The translations under genes and the position numbers were made by a program. From contig JAFRQT010000057.1 of NCBI GenBank assembly GCA_017428485.1, positions 22,745 through 86,744 on the forward strand: a stretch of DNA of 64,000 bases. Direction: 5' to 3'. Position 1 is the stretch's first letter. Each line of letters begins with the position of its first letter. The DNA is from Bacilli bacterium. GTDB lineage: Bacteria; Bacillota_I; Bacilli_A; RF39; UBA660. Below the pieces are notes generated by a model. It worked only from the letters and a program-made list of their open reading frames with translations, made no database searches and was not told the origin of the DNA. Below, one piece after another: positions 37,531-48,308 of the stretch.

Positions 37531-37866
37531 TTACTCTGTTTCTTCTTGCCTTTTGCTGCTTAAAAAAGATATCTTTTCAGCAATAACATCCATAGAATAT
37601 TTTTTCTTACCATCTTTTTCATAGTTTGATGTTTGTATTCTTCCTTTTACGCCTATTACATCACCTTTTTTACAATATTCGCATGTGTTTTCTGCTATAC
37701 CATCCCATAAAACACATGGTATAAAATCCGTTTCATAATTACCATCAATATTTTTATATGCTCTTGGAACAGCTACTGTAATAAGTGTTCTTTTTTTATT
37801 GTTTTCGGTTGTAATTATCTCTGGATTTGCAACAAGTCTTCCAGCTATTACCACTTGATTTAACAT
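37531..37866 (-). CDS. ssb: single-stranded DNA-binding protein, short form without an acidic C-terminal tip
   Basis: 111-aa OB fold (MLNQVVIAGRLVANPE...GDVIGVKGRIQTSNYE). It ends ..SSKRQEETE with no D-D-(I/L)-P-F tail. Confidence 0.75.
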   Translation of the reverse strand: MLNQVVIAGRLVANPEIITTENNKKRTLITVAVPRAYKNIDGNYETDFIPCVLWDGIAENTCEYCKKGDVIGVKGRIQTSNYEKDGKKKYSMDVIAEKISFLSSKRQEETE

Positions 37867-38028
37867 ATTTTTTACCTCCTTTCAAAGGCAATATAACATA
37901 TTAAAAAAGTGTTAACAAATTGGAATAATTAAAAAATTATAATACTTTTTTTACCTATTTTTTAATTTTTCTTTTAAGACAAATTTTAAAAATCATTATA
38001 GTTTTTTTACTAATAATTTAATTTTATA

Positions 38029-39213
38029 CTATTTTGAAAATTTTTCTATTTCTTCTTTATTTTTTAAAACATTTACTAAATAATCTATTTCTTCATATGT
38101 ATTATAAAAATATAAACTTATTCTAACTGTATCTTCTTTGTTATCACCCATTTTAGCACAATGCTTTCCACTTCTTACACATATTTTTTTACTGTTTAAA
38201 TAAAGGCCTAAGTCTCCTGACAATATACCATCTATATTAATTATAATTGTACTTCCTTCACAATTTTTATTATATATTTTTATATATGGGATTTCTTCTA
38301 ATTTAGATATTAGATACTTTTTTAATTCTTTTTCTTTCTTTTCAATATTTTGAAATCCAATTTCATTTAAAAAATCTATTGATTCACCAAATCCAATAAT
38401 AGACGCTATATCAAGAGTGCCTGCTTCAAATCTATATGGAATATCTAATAGTTTTAATGAGTTTTCATCATAGTTTAAATTCATTCCCCCACCATACTCA
38501 AAAGGAATCATTTCATTTAATAATTCATATTTACCATAAAGAATACCTACTCCAGTTGGGCCGCACATTTTATGAGCAGAAAATGCAAGAAAATCAATAT
38601 CTAATTTTTGTACATCTACTTTTATATGTGGAACACTTTGAGCACCATCAACTACTACTAATATATTCTTGGAATGCGCAAGTTCACATATTTTTTTAAT
38701 ATCTCTTTTATCACCACTTACATTAGTAATATGTGCTAAAGATATTACTTTTGTTTTATCTGTTATTTTATTTACTAGATCATTAATATTTAATTTTTCA
38801 TGAATTGAATCAACAAATACTATTTTTATATTTTTTTTAGTTGATAAAACTAACCAAGGAAGAATATTAGATGCATGTTCACTGCTAGATAATATTACTT
38901 CATCACCACTTTTCAAATATTTTAAAAAAAATCCAAATACAATCATATTTAATGAATCAGTTGTATTCTTAGTAAATATAATTTCTTCTTTTCGTTTAGC
39001 ATTAATAAATTTTTTTACATTATCTCTAGTATAATCTATCATATCATCTACTTTAAAACTAATATCATAATCTCCTCTATGAGAATTGGCAGAATAATTT
39101 TCATAGTAATCTAATATTTTTTTAATAACTCTATTAGGTTTAAATGTAGTCGCAGCATTATCAAAATATATAATATTCTTTTCTTTCATTGGAAAGGTAT
39201 TATCATTATTCAT
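38029..39213 (-). CDS. class V aminotransferase / cysteine desulfurase (SufS-like)
   Basis: Contains the PLP-lysine motif SAHKMCGPTG and the C-terminal loop RSGKHCA (compare SufS RTGHHCA). ATG 39213 is preferred over the GTG at 39222, which lies inside the SD. Confidence 0.8.
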   Translation of the reverse strand: MNNDNTFPMKEKNIIYFDNAATTFKPNRVIKKILDYYENYSANSHRGDYDISFKVDDMIDYTRDNVKKFINAKRKEEIIFTKNTTDSLNMIVFGFFLKYLKSGDEVILSSSEHASNILPWLVLSTKKNIKIVFVDSIHEKLNINDLVNKITDKTKVISLAHITNVSGDKRDIKKICELAHSKNILVVVDGAQSVPHIKVDVQKLDIDFLAFSAHKMCGPTGVGILYGKYELLNEMIPFEYGGGMNLNYDENSLKLLDIPYRFEAGTLDIASIIGFGESIDFLNEIGFQNIEKKEKELKKYLISKLEEIPYIKIYNKNCEGSTIIINIDGILSGDLGLYLNSKKICVRSGKHCAKMGDNKEDTVRISLYFYNTYEEIDYLVNVLKNKEEIEKFSK

Positions 39214-39318
39214 ATATATCACCCAATATAATATACTCGTTTATTTTACTATTAAATATAATAAACATAATAATTGAAGTAAATATTTATTTGGTATATA
39301 ATAAGTTTGGTGATTTAT

Positions 39319-39681
39319 ATGGATTGTATATTTTGTAAAATTATTAAAGGAGAATTACCTTCCTATACTTTGTATGAAAATGATTACGTAAAATGTTTTT
39401 TAAATATTAATCCTCTTTCAAATGGTCATACCTTAATAATACCTAAGAAACATTTTAAAGATGCTTTTGATATTGATGAAAAGTATATGTTAGAAGTTAA
39501 CAAAGCAGAAAAGATAATATTAAATTTATTACAAGAAAAGTTAAATCCAACTGGATTTAAACTACATCAACATAATGGTACTGTACAAGAAATTAAACAT
39601 TACCATTTACATGTAATTCCAACTTATACTAAAAAATCAAAAAGAAGCGTAAAAAAAATATATGAAGAGTTAATAAAATAA
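39319..39681 (+). CDS. HIT-family nucleotide hydrolase
   Basis: N-terminus MDCIFCKIIKGE and histidine triad HYHLHVIP. ATG 39319 is preferred over the TTG at 39307. Confidence 0.9.
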   Translation: MDCIFCKIIKGELPSYTLYENDYVKCFLNINPLSNGHTLIIPKKHFKDAFDIDEKYMLEVNKAEKIILNLLQEKLNPTGFKLHQHNGTVQEIKHYHLHVIPTYTKKSKRSVKKIYEELIK

Positions 39682-39735
39682 TTGAGAAATAAATATTTAT
39701 ATTGTATAATAAATTATAGAGGGATGTGATAAATA

Positions 39736-40866
39736 ATGTCAGAATCAACAAGTTTAAAAACACTAATAATTGTTGGTGGAGGTATATTAGGATTTGTATT
39801 ATTAATCTTATTAATTGTTTGGATTACTTCAATTGCTAAAGGTCATTATGTAACATATGAAACTTTAGAAGCAAAAATGGTTGAGGCATCTAAAAAATAT
39901 TATTCTAAAAATCCTACGTTATTACCTGCTGAAGATGAAGAAACAACATTATATTATGATACTTTAGTTACTGAAGAATATATTAAACCATTAAATAAAA
40001 TGCTTAAAGATGGTGATAAATGTAGTGCATATGTTGTTATTAGTAATGTGGCATCAAATTATGATTATGCACCATATATTAACTGTCCTGGTAGTTATGA
40101 AACTCAAGAATTATATAAAGTTATTTTAAAGAATAATCCAGTTGTTACTTCTGGAAGTGGACTTTATAGTGATGGAGATAGTGGTTATTATTTTAGAGGC
40201 GAAATAACAAATAACTATGTTAAATTAGGAACTATTGATAACTATGGAGAAGAAGTTGATAATCTTTGGAGAATATTAAGCATTGAAAAAGATAACACAG
40301 TTAAAATTAGAGCAACAAAATATACAGAAGATAGTTATACTTGGGATGATAGATATAATGAAACTCAAGAAAATAATTATGGATACAATAAATTTGAAAT
40401 AAGTAGAATTAAAGATACTTTAGCAAATCTTATTAAAGAACCAGTAATAATGGATGAAGAATATAAAAGTAAATTAGTTGCTAAAAAATTATGTGTTGGT
40501 AGAAGAGAACTTGAAGATACAACAAAAAATGGAAGTGCTGAATGTTCAGTAATGAGTAATGATAAATATTATTTTGATTTACTTTCTCCATATGAATATA
40601 TGAGAATAAGTTTAGATGACAATTGTAAAGATACATCAAGTATTTCTTGCTCAAACTACAATTTCTTAAGATCAGATCAAAATGATGAATGGACTTTATC
40701 AGCAACAATTACTAATGATTATGAAGTACTAAGTTTCAATGGTACTCGTTATAATTTAGAAAGTGCTTATATGGAAAAAAATATAATGCCAAGTGCATAT
40801 TTAAATACTAGAACATTCTTTGTATCAGGTACTGGTACTATGAGCGATCCATATATAATTAAATAA
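39736..40866 (+). CDS. membrane-anchored extracytoplasmic hypothetical protein
   Basis: 376 aa with an N-terminal TM helix (LIIVGGGILGFVLLILLIVWI) and a Cys-containing extracellular region. No family confidently recognised. Confidence 0.55.
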   Translation: MSESTSLKTLIIVGGGILGFVLLILLIVWITSIAKGHYVTYETLEAKMVEASKKYYSKNPTLLPAEDEETTLYYDTLVTEEYIKPLNKMLKDGDKCSAYVVISNVASNYDYAPYINCPGSYETQELYKVILKNNPVVTSGSGLYSDGDSGYYFRGEITNNYVKLGTIDNYGEEVDNLWRILSIEKDNTVKIRATKYTEDSYTWDDRYNETQENNYGYNKFEISRIKDTLANLIKEPVIMDEEYKSKLVAKKLCVGRRELEDTTKNGSAECSVMSNDKYYFDLLSPYEYMRISLDDNCKDTSSISCSNYNFLRSDQNDEWTLSATITNDYEVLSFNGTRYNLESAYMEKNIMPSAYLNTRTFFVSGTGTMSDPYIIK

Positions 40867-40875
40867 TAAAACAAA

Positions 40876-40907
40876 TAAAAATTATTGAATTAATCAATAA
40901 TTTTTTT
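40876..40907. terminator. bidirectional Rho-independent terminator
   Basis: Hairpin attattga-attaa-tcaataat flanked by an A-run and a T-run, between convergent genes. Confidence 0.7.
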
Positions 40908-42669
40908 ATGCGTTATTTTTAAACCATTCATCTTTAATGTGAGCATTATTTGAATCTGGTGTTGGATTTGGTTTATCAACTTTTACAAATAAAGGAATAT
41001 TTAATGCATTTCCAAAGCACAATGCAACTCCAGGTCTTAACACTTTTAACTTTTCAATATCTGAATGTGATACACTATGTGTTATTCCTTTAATAATATC
41101 TAAATCATCTGGATGGAACATACGAAGTACTATATAGTTAGAACATTGACTCAATGCTGTTTTAGAAAGTTCACTTGGTCTTTGAGTTATAAGTCCTAAA
41201 ATGATACCATATTTTCTTCCTTCTTTAGTTATCCTATCAAAAATATTATAACCAATAACATTTATATCATTATCATTTTGAACATATCTATGTGCTTCTT
41301 CTAACATTATTTGAACAGGGAAGCCTCCTCTACTTTCAAGTTCTATCCCATAATTCAAAAATAACTTAGAATACATTTTAGTTAAAGTCTTTGCAAATCT
41401 TTCATCTACATAATTAAGATTAAAGTTAACAATCTGAGCTTTCTCCCCAGAAATAGTCGTAAATATTTTTCTAACATAATCTTCTTTTGAAATTAGTTCA
41501 TCTGTATCAAAATATACTCCATAACCGCTATTTATAATTGCATCTAATCTTACTTTCAATATATTATTTATATCATAGATTTTATCACTCTTAAGTACAC
41601 CTTCGCTTATTAATGCAAATTCAAATGCATCATATAAATCTTTTAATTTATATTTTCTAGGTTTCATTTTTGAATTTAGTTGTAGCTTATCATCAATAAA
41701 TCTTTCTAAATATTCTATTACAAGTTGTATAGCATTTATTTTACCTGTTTGATCAACATTTAAACATTGTCTTATTGTTCTAATATATCCGGGTTGAATT
41801 ATTCTACTTTCTAGATTAATATTTTTGGTATAGAAGTTAGTAAGTACAGCTACAATTTGATCTCTAATTTGAGTTGGTGCCCTACCACTTGTTAATATAT
41901 CCATTAATGCTTTTGCAATAATATTGTTTTTATATTCAATTACTTTATCTTCATCTTCAGTAAACAAATAAACATATCTTAATGCCTTTTCAATAATTGG
42001 AATTTGTGATTGACTATCAGCATTTAATAAAAGTGCTATATCATCTGTATCCAAATAATATAAAGGTAATTTAATTATTTCACTAGAACTTGCTTTTATA
42101 TTAGTTGTATATTGTTTACATCTACACTTTGATGTTTGATTAATTGTATCAAGTGCTGGTTTATATTCACCATAAACATCAAATAAAACTATATTGGCAT
42201 TATATGGCGGATTAACTGTTCTATAGAATAAATTTTGTAATAATCTTGCTACTGTACAGCTTTTTCCACTACCAGTATTTCCTAATATAGCGAAGTGATT
42301 TGAAAAAAATCTATCTATATTCGCAGATACATTAAATCCTTCATAAGTAATAGATTTACCAAGATATATATTATCTCTATCATCTACACTTTGACTTCCT
42401 AGTAATATAATTGCTTCTTCTTTATTAATAAGTCTAACAATAGAGTCATAATTTGGCTTGTGCACTACTCCACTCAAAAAACTATTGTCTTTGAATTCAC
42501 CAATCATAATACAATTGATCTCATCTCTTGTAATAGATAAGATTTCACATACTATTCTATGCTCTTTTTCAAAGACAATATGCATCCCAATAAGGTTTGA
42601 TTCTATTCTTTTAGTAGTATTTTCTACTTTGATATATTCATCTATAATTGAAATAATATTACCAAACAT
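40906..42669 (-). CDS. HerA/DUF87-like FtsK-superfamily ATPase
   Basis: N-terminal beta-barrel-like region, Walker A GNTGSGKS, Walker B IMLEEAH, and LITQRPSEL. ATG 42669 after AGGAG is preferred over the TTG at 42675. Confidence 0.7.
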   Translation of the reverse strand: MFGNIISIIDEYIKVENTTKRIESNLIGMHIVFEKEHRIVCEILSITRDEINCIMIGEFKDNSFLSGVVHKPNYDSIVRLINKEEAIILLGSQSVDDRDNIYLGKSITYEGFNVSANIDRFFSNHFAILGNTGSGKSCTVARLLQNLFYRTVNPPYNANIVLFDVYGEYKPALDTINQTSKCRCKQYTTNIKASSSEIIKLPLYYLDTDDIALLLNADSQSQIPIIEKALRYVYLFTEDEDKVIEYKNNIIAKALMDILTSGRAPTQIRDQIVAVLTNFYTKNINLESRIIQPGYIRTIRQCLNVDQTGKINAIQLVIEYLERFIDDKLQLNSKMKPRKYKLKDLYDAFEFALISEGVLKSDKIYDINNILKVRLDAIINSGYGVYFDTDELISKEDYVRKIFTTISGEKAQIVNFNLNYVDERFAKTLTKMYSKLFLNYGIELESRGGFPVQIMLEEAHRYVQNDNDINVIGYNIFDRITKEGRKYGIILGLITQRPSELSKTALSQCSNYIVLRMFHPDDLDIIKGITHSVSHSDIEKLKVLRPGVALCFGNALNIPLFVKVDKPNPTPDSNNAHIKDEWFKNNA

Positions 42670-42734
42670 ATACAACTCCTTATTATTCTATTAAAATTAT
42701 AACACATGTAAATTAAAATAGAAACATTAAGTTT

Positions 42735-44000
42735 CTATTTTATAGTTTTTATTATGCACTCATTATCAAACCTAATTAATGAAAGTATTCTTAATGCTTC
42801 CTCATACTTAGTATTCATACAATAAGTATAAACGTTAAAGTCAATTTTATTATCTAAAAGTAATTCCATAGTAATACCATATTCAATATCTTCTATGTTA
42901 TCAAAATCTAATATATAGTTCCTAATATATCTTTTTTTGTTTCTTTCAAATTCTTTCTTAGTAATATTTATTTTCTTAATATCTTTTCTTATGTTTTTAA
43001 TAAATAAATCTGGATCCTTACAAACAGCACTTATATTAATTACTAAATAATCATCTATAATACTAGAACTATAATTCAATCCATATACTATTCCTTTTAA
43101 TTTATATTTTTCAAATAACTTAGATGAAGATGAAAAGTTACTATTCAATATAAAGTTTAAATAATCTTTTAAAATACTATCTTCTTTTATACCAAATATT
43201 CGCTTGTCCATTTTAATTGAATATTTAACTCTAGGTTCTTCTATATCTTTTTGTATTTCTTCATAAGGTATTTTAACTATCTCTTTTTCTTTTTCTTTTA
43301 CTCTTTTTGGAAGAGTTTTAGGTTTTAAATTCAAATTAGAAATGTATTCATTTATTACTTCCATTACTTCATCAGGATCAAAATTACCACATACAACTAT
43401 GAATGTATTATTAGGTACATAATAATCATTATATATTCTATTTAAGTCTTTAGCAGTAATTTTTTCTATATCGCTTCTTTCACCTACCACAGTGTTTTTA
43501 ATATATGAGTCAAAGAATAGATTTTTGTATAAATGATTTGACATAAGACTATCAATTCTATCTTTATACATGTCTATTTCTTCCCCAATTATTCCCTTTT
43601 CTTCTTCTACACATTTTTCATTTATATTTATGTTATAAAAGATGTCTAGTAATAATTTTAAATTTTCAATTAAATTTATACTTCCAAAAATATTGTAATT
43701 TGTTCCATAATAACTAGTCCATGCATTAGCAAGACTACCTAATTCATTTATTCTTTTAGATATTTCTGGATTTTCTGATAGTGCCATTACTTTATGTTCT
43801 AAAAAATGTGCACTTCCTGGTACTACATCGTATATTTTATTATTTAATTTATATTTAGTAACATTAGCTCCAAATTTAACACTTATTGTTATATAAAAAT
43901 TTTTAGTCTTATCTGTTTTGTATAAATAAACTTCAAGTCCATTGTCTAATTTTTCACAATACAACTCTTCATTTACTTTTTCAAATGTTTTCTTTATCAT
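42735..44000 (-). CDS. M16 family zinc peptidase, catalytic subunit
   Basis: 421 aa with the HFLEH zinc motif (GSAHFLEHKV). Its start overlaps the partner's stop (ATGA-type). Confidence 0.8.
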   Translation of the reverse strand: MIKKTFEKVNEELYCEKLDNGLEVYLYKTDKTKNFYITISVKFGANVTKYKLNNKIYDVVPGSAHFLEHKVMALSENPEISKRINELGSLANAWTSYYGTNYNIFGSINLIENLKLLLDIFYNININEKCVEEEKGIIGEEIDMYKDRIDSLMSNHLYKNLFFDSYIKNTVVGERSDIEKITAKDLNRIYNDYYVPNNTFIVVCGNFDPDEVMEVINEYISNLNLKPKTLPKRVKEKEKEIVKIPYEEIQKDIEEPRVKYSIKMDKRIFGIKEDSILKDYLNFILNSNFSSSSKLFEKYKLKGIVYGLNYSSSIIDDYLVINISAVCKDPDLFIKNIRKDIKKINITKKEFERNKKRYIRNYILDFDNIEDIEYGITMELLLDNKIDFNVYTYCMNTKYEEALRILSLIRFDNECIIKTIK

Positions 44001-45256
44001 TAGTTATCCCCCTTAAGCAAATAAATAGTGGATAATGAAATTTTATTGTTTAAATTAATCACTTCATCTATTGTAACATTATTAACATTTTCTCTTAAAG
44101 TTTCAATATCTTCTATTGTTTCAAATTCTCTATTGTAATAAGTATCTATTTGAGCAGATAAATCATCATAATAGTTATTTATGAATGTGTTAATTGTCTT
44201 TTTAGCTGAATCAAACAATCTTTCTACTGCTTTTTTATCTGACATGGATTCAACACATTTTTTAATAAGTTCCACTGTTTTTTCATAATTCTTTTTATTA
44301 ATACCAGCATATATAGTTAAAGAAGGATTATATCTAGAATAATATGAACCTATTGAATAACAAAGTGAATTTTTCTCTCTTACTATATTAAATAATATTG
44401 AGTCATTCATTGTACCAAGAATAGTGTTATATACTCTAAGTACATGGTTTAATTCATGAAAATTCATGTTTAATAGCCTATATCCAATATATAATCTAGA
44501 TTGATTAAATGGTAATGAATCTACTTTTTCAATCAATTTATTACTATATTTATGTTCTATTGTAAATCTTAATTTTTTATTATTTCCTTTTATTTGTTTT
44601 AATATTGGCTTTAGTTCATCAATTATTGATGTATCAACATCACCTAATATTGCAATATCTACTTTATAACTTCCGTCAAATAAAGTCTTATAATATTCAT
44701 ATAACTTATATGAGTCTATATTTTCTAAGTCTTCTACTTCAGGAAAAAGACTATATTCTCCTGGAGTACCTTTATACATAAGCTTAGCATATTTAATGCC
44801 ACCATATGTCATTGGATTATCTTTTACTGCTTTAACACTTGATATAGCATCTTCTTTTAACATTTCAAAGTAATCATCATTAAAATGATTATCTGCTATA
44901 TTAGGATTAAATAATACTTCTTCAAAATATTTTATACATTTCTTTAAATATTTTTTATCAATATATTTTGGATTTAGTAAATCAAGAGACATTGCATATG
45001 AGTTACATTGCCCTGTCATTCCATAAAATATTGATACTTTTGTTCCATATAAATCTTCTACTACTCCAGCCATTTTATCTTTAGTATTATATTTTTTAGA
45101 TGTATAAAGTAAATTTTGAATTAATAGTTTTCCGTAAGGAATATCATCTTTATTAAATTCTTTTGTTAAAAATATAACAATACTTACTGTTTTAAATCTA
45201 TTTGTATTAATAAAATGTATAGTATAATTATCATTAATTATTTTCTTGTATTCCAT
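44000..45256 (-). CDS. M16 family peptidase-like protein lacking HxxEH (non-catalytic partner)
   Basis: 418 aa with M16-like organisation and no HxxEH motif. Confidence 0.65.
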   Translation of the reverse strand: MEYKKIINDNYTIHFINTNRFKTVSIVIFLTKEFNKDDIPYGKLLIQNLLYTSKKYNTKDKMAGVVEDLYGTKVSIFYGMTGQCNSYAMSLDLLNPKYIDKKYLKKCIKYFEEVLFNPNIADNHFNDDYFEMLKEDAISSVKAVKDNPMTYGGIKYAKLMYKGTPGEYSLFPEVEDLENIDSYKLYEYYKTLFDGSYKVDIAILGDVDTSIIDELKPILKQIKGNNKKLRFTIEHKYSNKLIEKVDSLPFNQSRLYIGYRLLNMNFHELNHVLRVYNTILGTMNDSILFNIVREKNSLCYSIGSYYSRYNPSLTIYAGINKKNYEKTVELIKKCVESMSDKKAVERLFDSAKKTINTFINNYYDDLSAQIDTYYNREFETIEDIETLRENVNNVTIDEVINLNNKISLSTIYLLKGDN

Positions 45257-45300
45257 ATTATTCCTCTTCTCGTGTTATATTATAACATAATATATTTTAA

Positions 45301-45326
45301 AAAGAAGATATCTAATATCTTCTTTT
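45301..45326 (-). terminator. Rho-independent terminator after deoD
   Basis: Hairpin agaagata-tctaa-tatcttct with a T-run on the minus strand. Confidence 0.65.
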
Positions 45327-45342
45327 TTATTATTTACATTTT

Positions 45343-46056
45343 TTAACATTTTATTATTGATTCAAGAGCAAGAACAATCATTTGATCTAATTTTTGTTCT
45401 CGTTCCATTGGATCAATTACATCACGAGTTACTAAGTTATCACTTATTGTAAGAATAGAAGTTGCTTTTTTATAGAATTTTTTAGCATTATATAAAAGAG
45501 CATATGTTTCCATTTCAACTGCCTTACATCCTAAATCTACATATTTAGAAATGTTACTCTCTCCAGTATAAAATGCAAGTGATGTATGTACTCTTCCTTG
45601 AGTTATAGGAATACCTCTAATTCTTGCTGTATTAGTAATAACTCCATTTAATTCTTGAGAAGAATTAATAACTTCTTCATTGTCTCCTTCTCTTCCAGCT
45701 TCTTCATCAAAATATGTTTTTGAGAAGGCAGAATCCGCTAATAACAAATCATATAGTTTTAAATCTTCTAAATAACTTCCAGCAGTACCTATTCTAATAA
45801 TAGTATCAACATCATAATAATCAAATAATTCATGACTATATATTCCCATACTTGGAATTCCCATTCCACTTGAAAATATTGTTACTCTAACACCTTTGTA
45901 ATATCCAGTATATGCAAGTTCACCACGTAATCTATTAACAAGTTTTGCATCAGTTAAATACTTTTCAGCAATATATTTAACTCTATTTGGATCTCCTGGC
46001 ATTAAAACTTTCTTTGCAATATCTTCTTTCTCTGCTTCAATATGTACTGTTCCCAT
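45343..46056 (-). CDS. deoD: purine nucleoside phosphorylase DeoD-type
   Basis: 237 aa with HIEAEKEDIAKKVLMPGDPNR and VEMETYAL. Confidence 0.9.
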   Translation of the reverse strand: MGTVHIEAEKEDIAKKVLMPGDPNRVKYIAEKYLTDAKLVNRLRGELAYTGYYKGVRVTIFSSGMGIPSMGIYSHELFDYYDVDTIIRIGTAGSYLEDLKLYDLLLADSAFSKTYFDEEAGREGDNEEVINSSQELNGVITNTARIRGIPITQGRVHTSLAFYTGESNISKYVDLGCKAVEMETYALLYNAKKFYKKATSILTISDNLVTRDVIDPMEREQKLDQMIVLALESIIKC

Positions 46057-46071
46057 TGTTTACTTCCTTTC

Positions 46072-48300
46072 CTACTCGTTAGGCTCCTCTAACTTTACTA
46101 ATACGTCTCTAGGTTTACTTCCCTTTGCAGGACCTACTATACCTTTTTCTTCAAACATATCCATTATACGAGCTGCTCTATTATAACCAATACTATATTT
46201 TCTTTGAATTAATGATGCACTTATTTGTCCCATACGGATAGCATAATTTAATACTTCATCATAAAGTACATCTTTTTGCTCAGATGGAGCACCTCCACTA
46301 CCGGACATACCAGATGCTCCTTCGCCATTACTATCTAAATTAGTAAATTTATCACTATATCTAGGTCCATGACTTCTTTCTTTTACAAAATCAACTACTT
46401 TAGCAATTTCATTATCTGATACAAAACTTCCTTGAATTCTAGTAGGAGTATTATTATCCATTGGTTTATATAACATGTCTCCTTTTCCAAGTAATTTTTC
46501 AGCACCAGTCATATCTAAAATAGTACGTGAATCTATTGAAGAAGAAACAGCAAATGATATACGAGTTGGTATATTAGATTTAACAACACCGGTAATAATA
46601 TCAGTTGATGGTCTTTGAGTTGCTACAATCAAATGGATACCAGCTGCTCTAGCAAGTTGAGTTATTCTCATAATAGATTCTTCAACTTCTTTAGCAGCAA
46701 CTAACATTAAATCAGCAAGTTCATCTATTATTACTAGAATAAATGGCATCTTTTTAAGACCACAATCTGGTTTTTTCTTTAATTCTTTTTCTATATATTC
46801 ATTATAAGTTTGAATGTTCTTTGTTCCACTATTTTTAAACGTTTCATAACGTTCATCCATTTCAACTACTATTCTTTGAAGAGCAGCACTAGCCTTCTTA
46901 GGATCAGTAACAACAGGCATTAACAAATGAGGAATTCCTTCATAGACATTAAATTCAACTTTTTTAGGGTCTACTAATACCATTTTAACTTCATCAGGAG
47001 TTGATCTCATTAATATTGAAATAATTATATTATTAATGCAAACACTCTTACCAGCACCAGTAGCACCTGCTACTAACATATGAGGAGTTTTATTTATTTC
47101 AACATATTTTACATTACCCATTATGTCTCTACCTAAAGGAGCTGCTAATATAGAGCCTTCTAATTTCTTTTCATGTCTCATTGCTTCCATTATCTCTCTC
47201 ATTGATACTGGGATAACAGTTTGATTAGGTATTTCAACTCCGACTGTATTCTTTCCAGGAATTGGGGCTTCGATTCTAACTTCTTTAGCTGCTAAAGCAA
47301 GAGCTATCTCACGTGAAATACTTAATACTTTATTTACTTTTGTTCCACGTTCTAAATCCATCTCATATTGAGTAACTGCAGGTCCTACATGTACTTCAAT
47401 TACTTTAGCTCTCATACCAAAGTCCATAAATACTCTTTCAAGTGTTTTAGTATTAGCGGCAATAGTTTCAGTTGAATTAACTTTACCTTTATTTTTATTT
47501 AAATCAAGTAATTCTACTGGAGGTTTAACATATACCTCATTACTTACATCTTCTGTCTTTAATTCAATAGGTTTATCCATATTTCCAATTGTATCAGGTT
47601 TCTTTTGTTCAAGTTCTTCAACACTTGTAATTACTACCCTTTTATCGACTTGTGGTTCTTCCTCTTCTTCTATTTCATGAACATTAAGTTTTTTATGTTC
47701 AACTTCTTCTCTTTCTTCTCGACTAAATATCTTTTTAAATGCTGAACCAATTGACCTAAATATATCGGCAATTGTAATATCAAATATCATTATAAGTCCA
47801 AATCCAGCAATTACTATCATAACAACACTAGTGCCTTCAACATCGAATAATGAAACGAAAGCCCAAGCGGCACAAGCACCAATCATTCCTCCACCAGTAT
47901 TTCCTATTTCACTTTCAGCATCAAAAGAATTGTTAATATTTTCATACGTATTAACAACTATTGCCTTTCCTCTTACATCACTGTTTTCACGAATATAATT
48001 TATATGTGAAAATAACAATAATGCCAAAATAATCGCATATATTCCTATTAGTCTACCAGAAAAATAATCTGGTTTACTTCTTTTTGCTATAAAGAATATT
48101 CCTAATAATAATGTAATTATAAGTACTAAAATATACCAAGTTCCAAATAAGAAAATGGAAAACTTCTTAACTACACTTCCAACTATCCCAAAATCTCCAA
48201 GACCAACTAATGAAAATAATATTAGTATTAATCCTTGAATTTCTTTTGAATATTGAAATCCTTTTTTAGATTCTCCTGATTGTTTTTTTCTTTTAGCCAT
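46072..48300 (-). CDS. ftsK: DNA translocase FtsK/SpoIIIE
   Basis: 742 aa. N-terminal TM helices, then a motor domain with GATGAGKSV, VIIDELADLM and ATQRPS, and a C-terminal gamma winged helix. Confidence 0.95.
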   Translation of the reverse strand: MAKRKKQSGESKKGFQYSKEIQGLILILFSLVGLGDFGIVGSVVKKFSIFLFGTWYILVLIITLLLGIFFIAKRSKPDYFSGRLIGIYAIILALLLFSHINYIRENSDVRGKAIVVNTYENINNSFDAESEIGNTGGGMIGACAAWAFVSLFDVEGTSVVMIVIAGFGLIMIFDITIADIFRSIGSAFKKIFSREEREEVEHKKLNVHEIEEEEEPQVDKRVVITSVEELEQKKPDTIGNMDKPIELKTEDVSNEVYVKPPVELLDLNKNKGKVNSTETIAANTKTLERVFMDFGMRAKVIEVHVGPAVTQYEMDLERGTKVNKVLSISREIALALAAKEVRIEAPIPGKNTVGVEIPNQTVIPVSMREIMEAMRHEKKLEGSILAAPLGRDIMGNVKYVEINKTPHMLVAGATGAGKSVCINNIIISILMRSTPDEVKMVLVDPKKVEFNVYEGIPHLLMPVVTDPKKASAALQRIVVEMDERYETFKNSGTKNIQTYNEYIEKELKKKPDCGLKKMPFILVIIDELADLMLVAAKEVEESIMRITQLARAAGIHLIVATQRPSTDIITGVVKSNIPTRISFAVSSSIDSRTILDMTGAEKLLGKGDMLYKPMDNNTPTRIQGSFVSDNEIAKVVDFVKERSHGPRYSDKFTNLDSNGEGASGMSGSGGAPSEQKDVLYDEVLNYAIRMGQISASLIQRKYSIGYNRAARIMDMFEEKGIVGPAKGSKPRDVLVKLEEPNE

Positions 48301-48308
48301 TTCTACAC

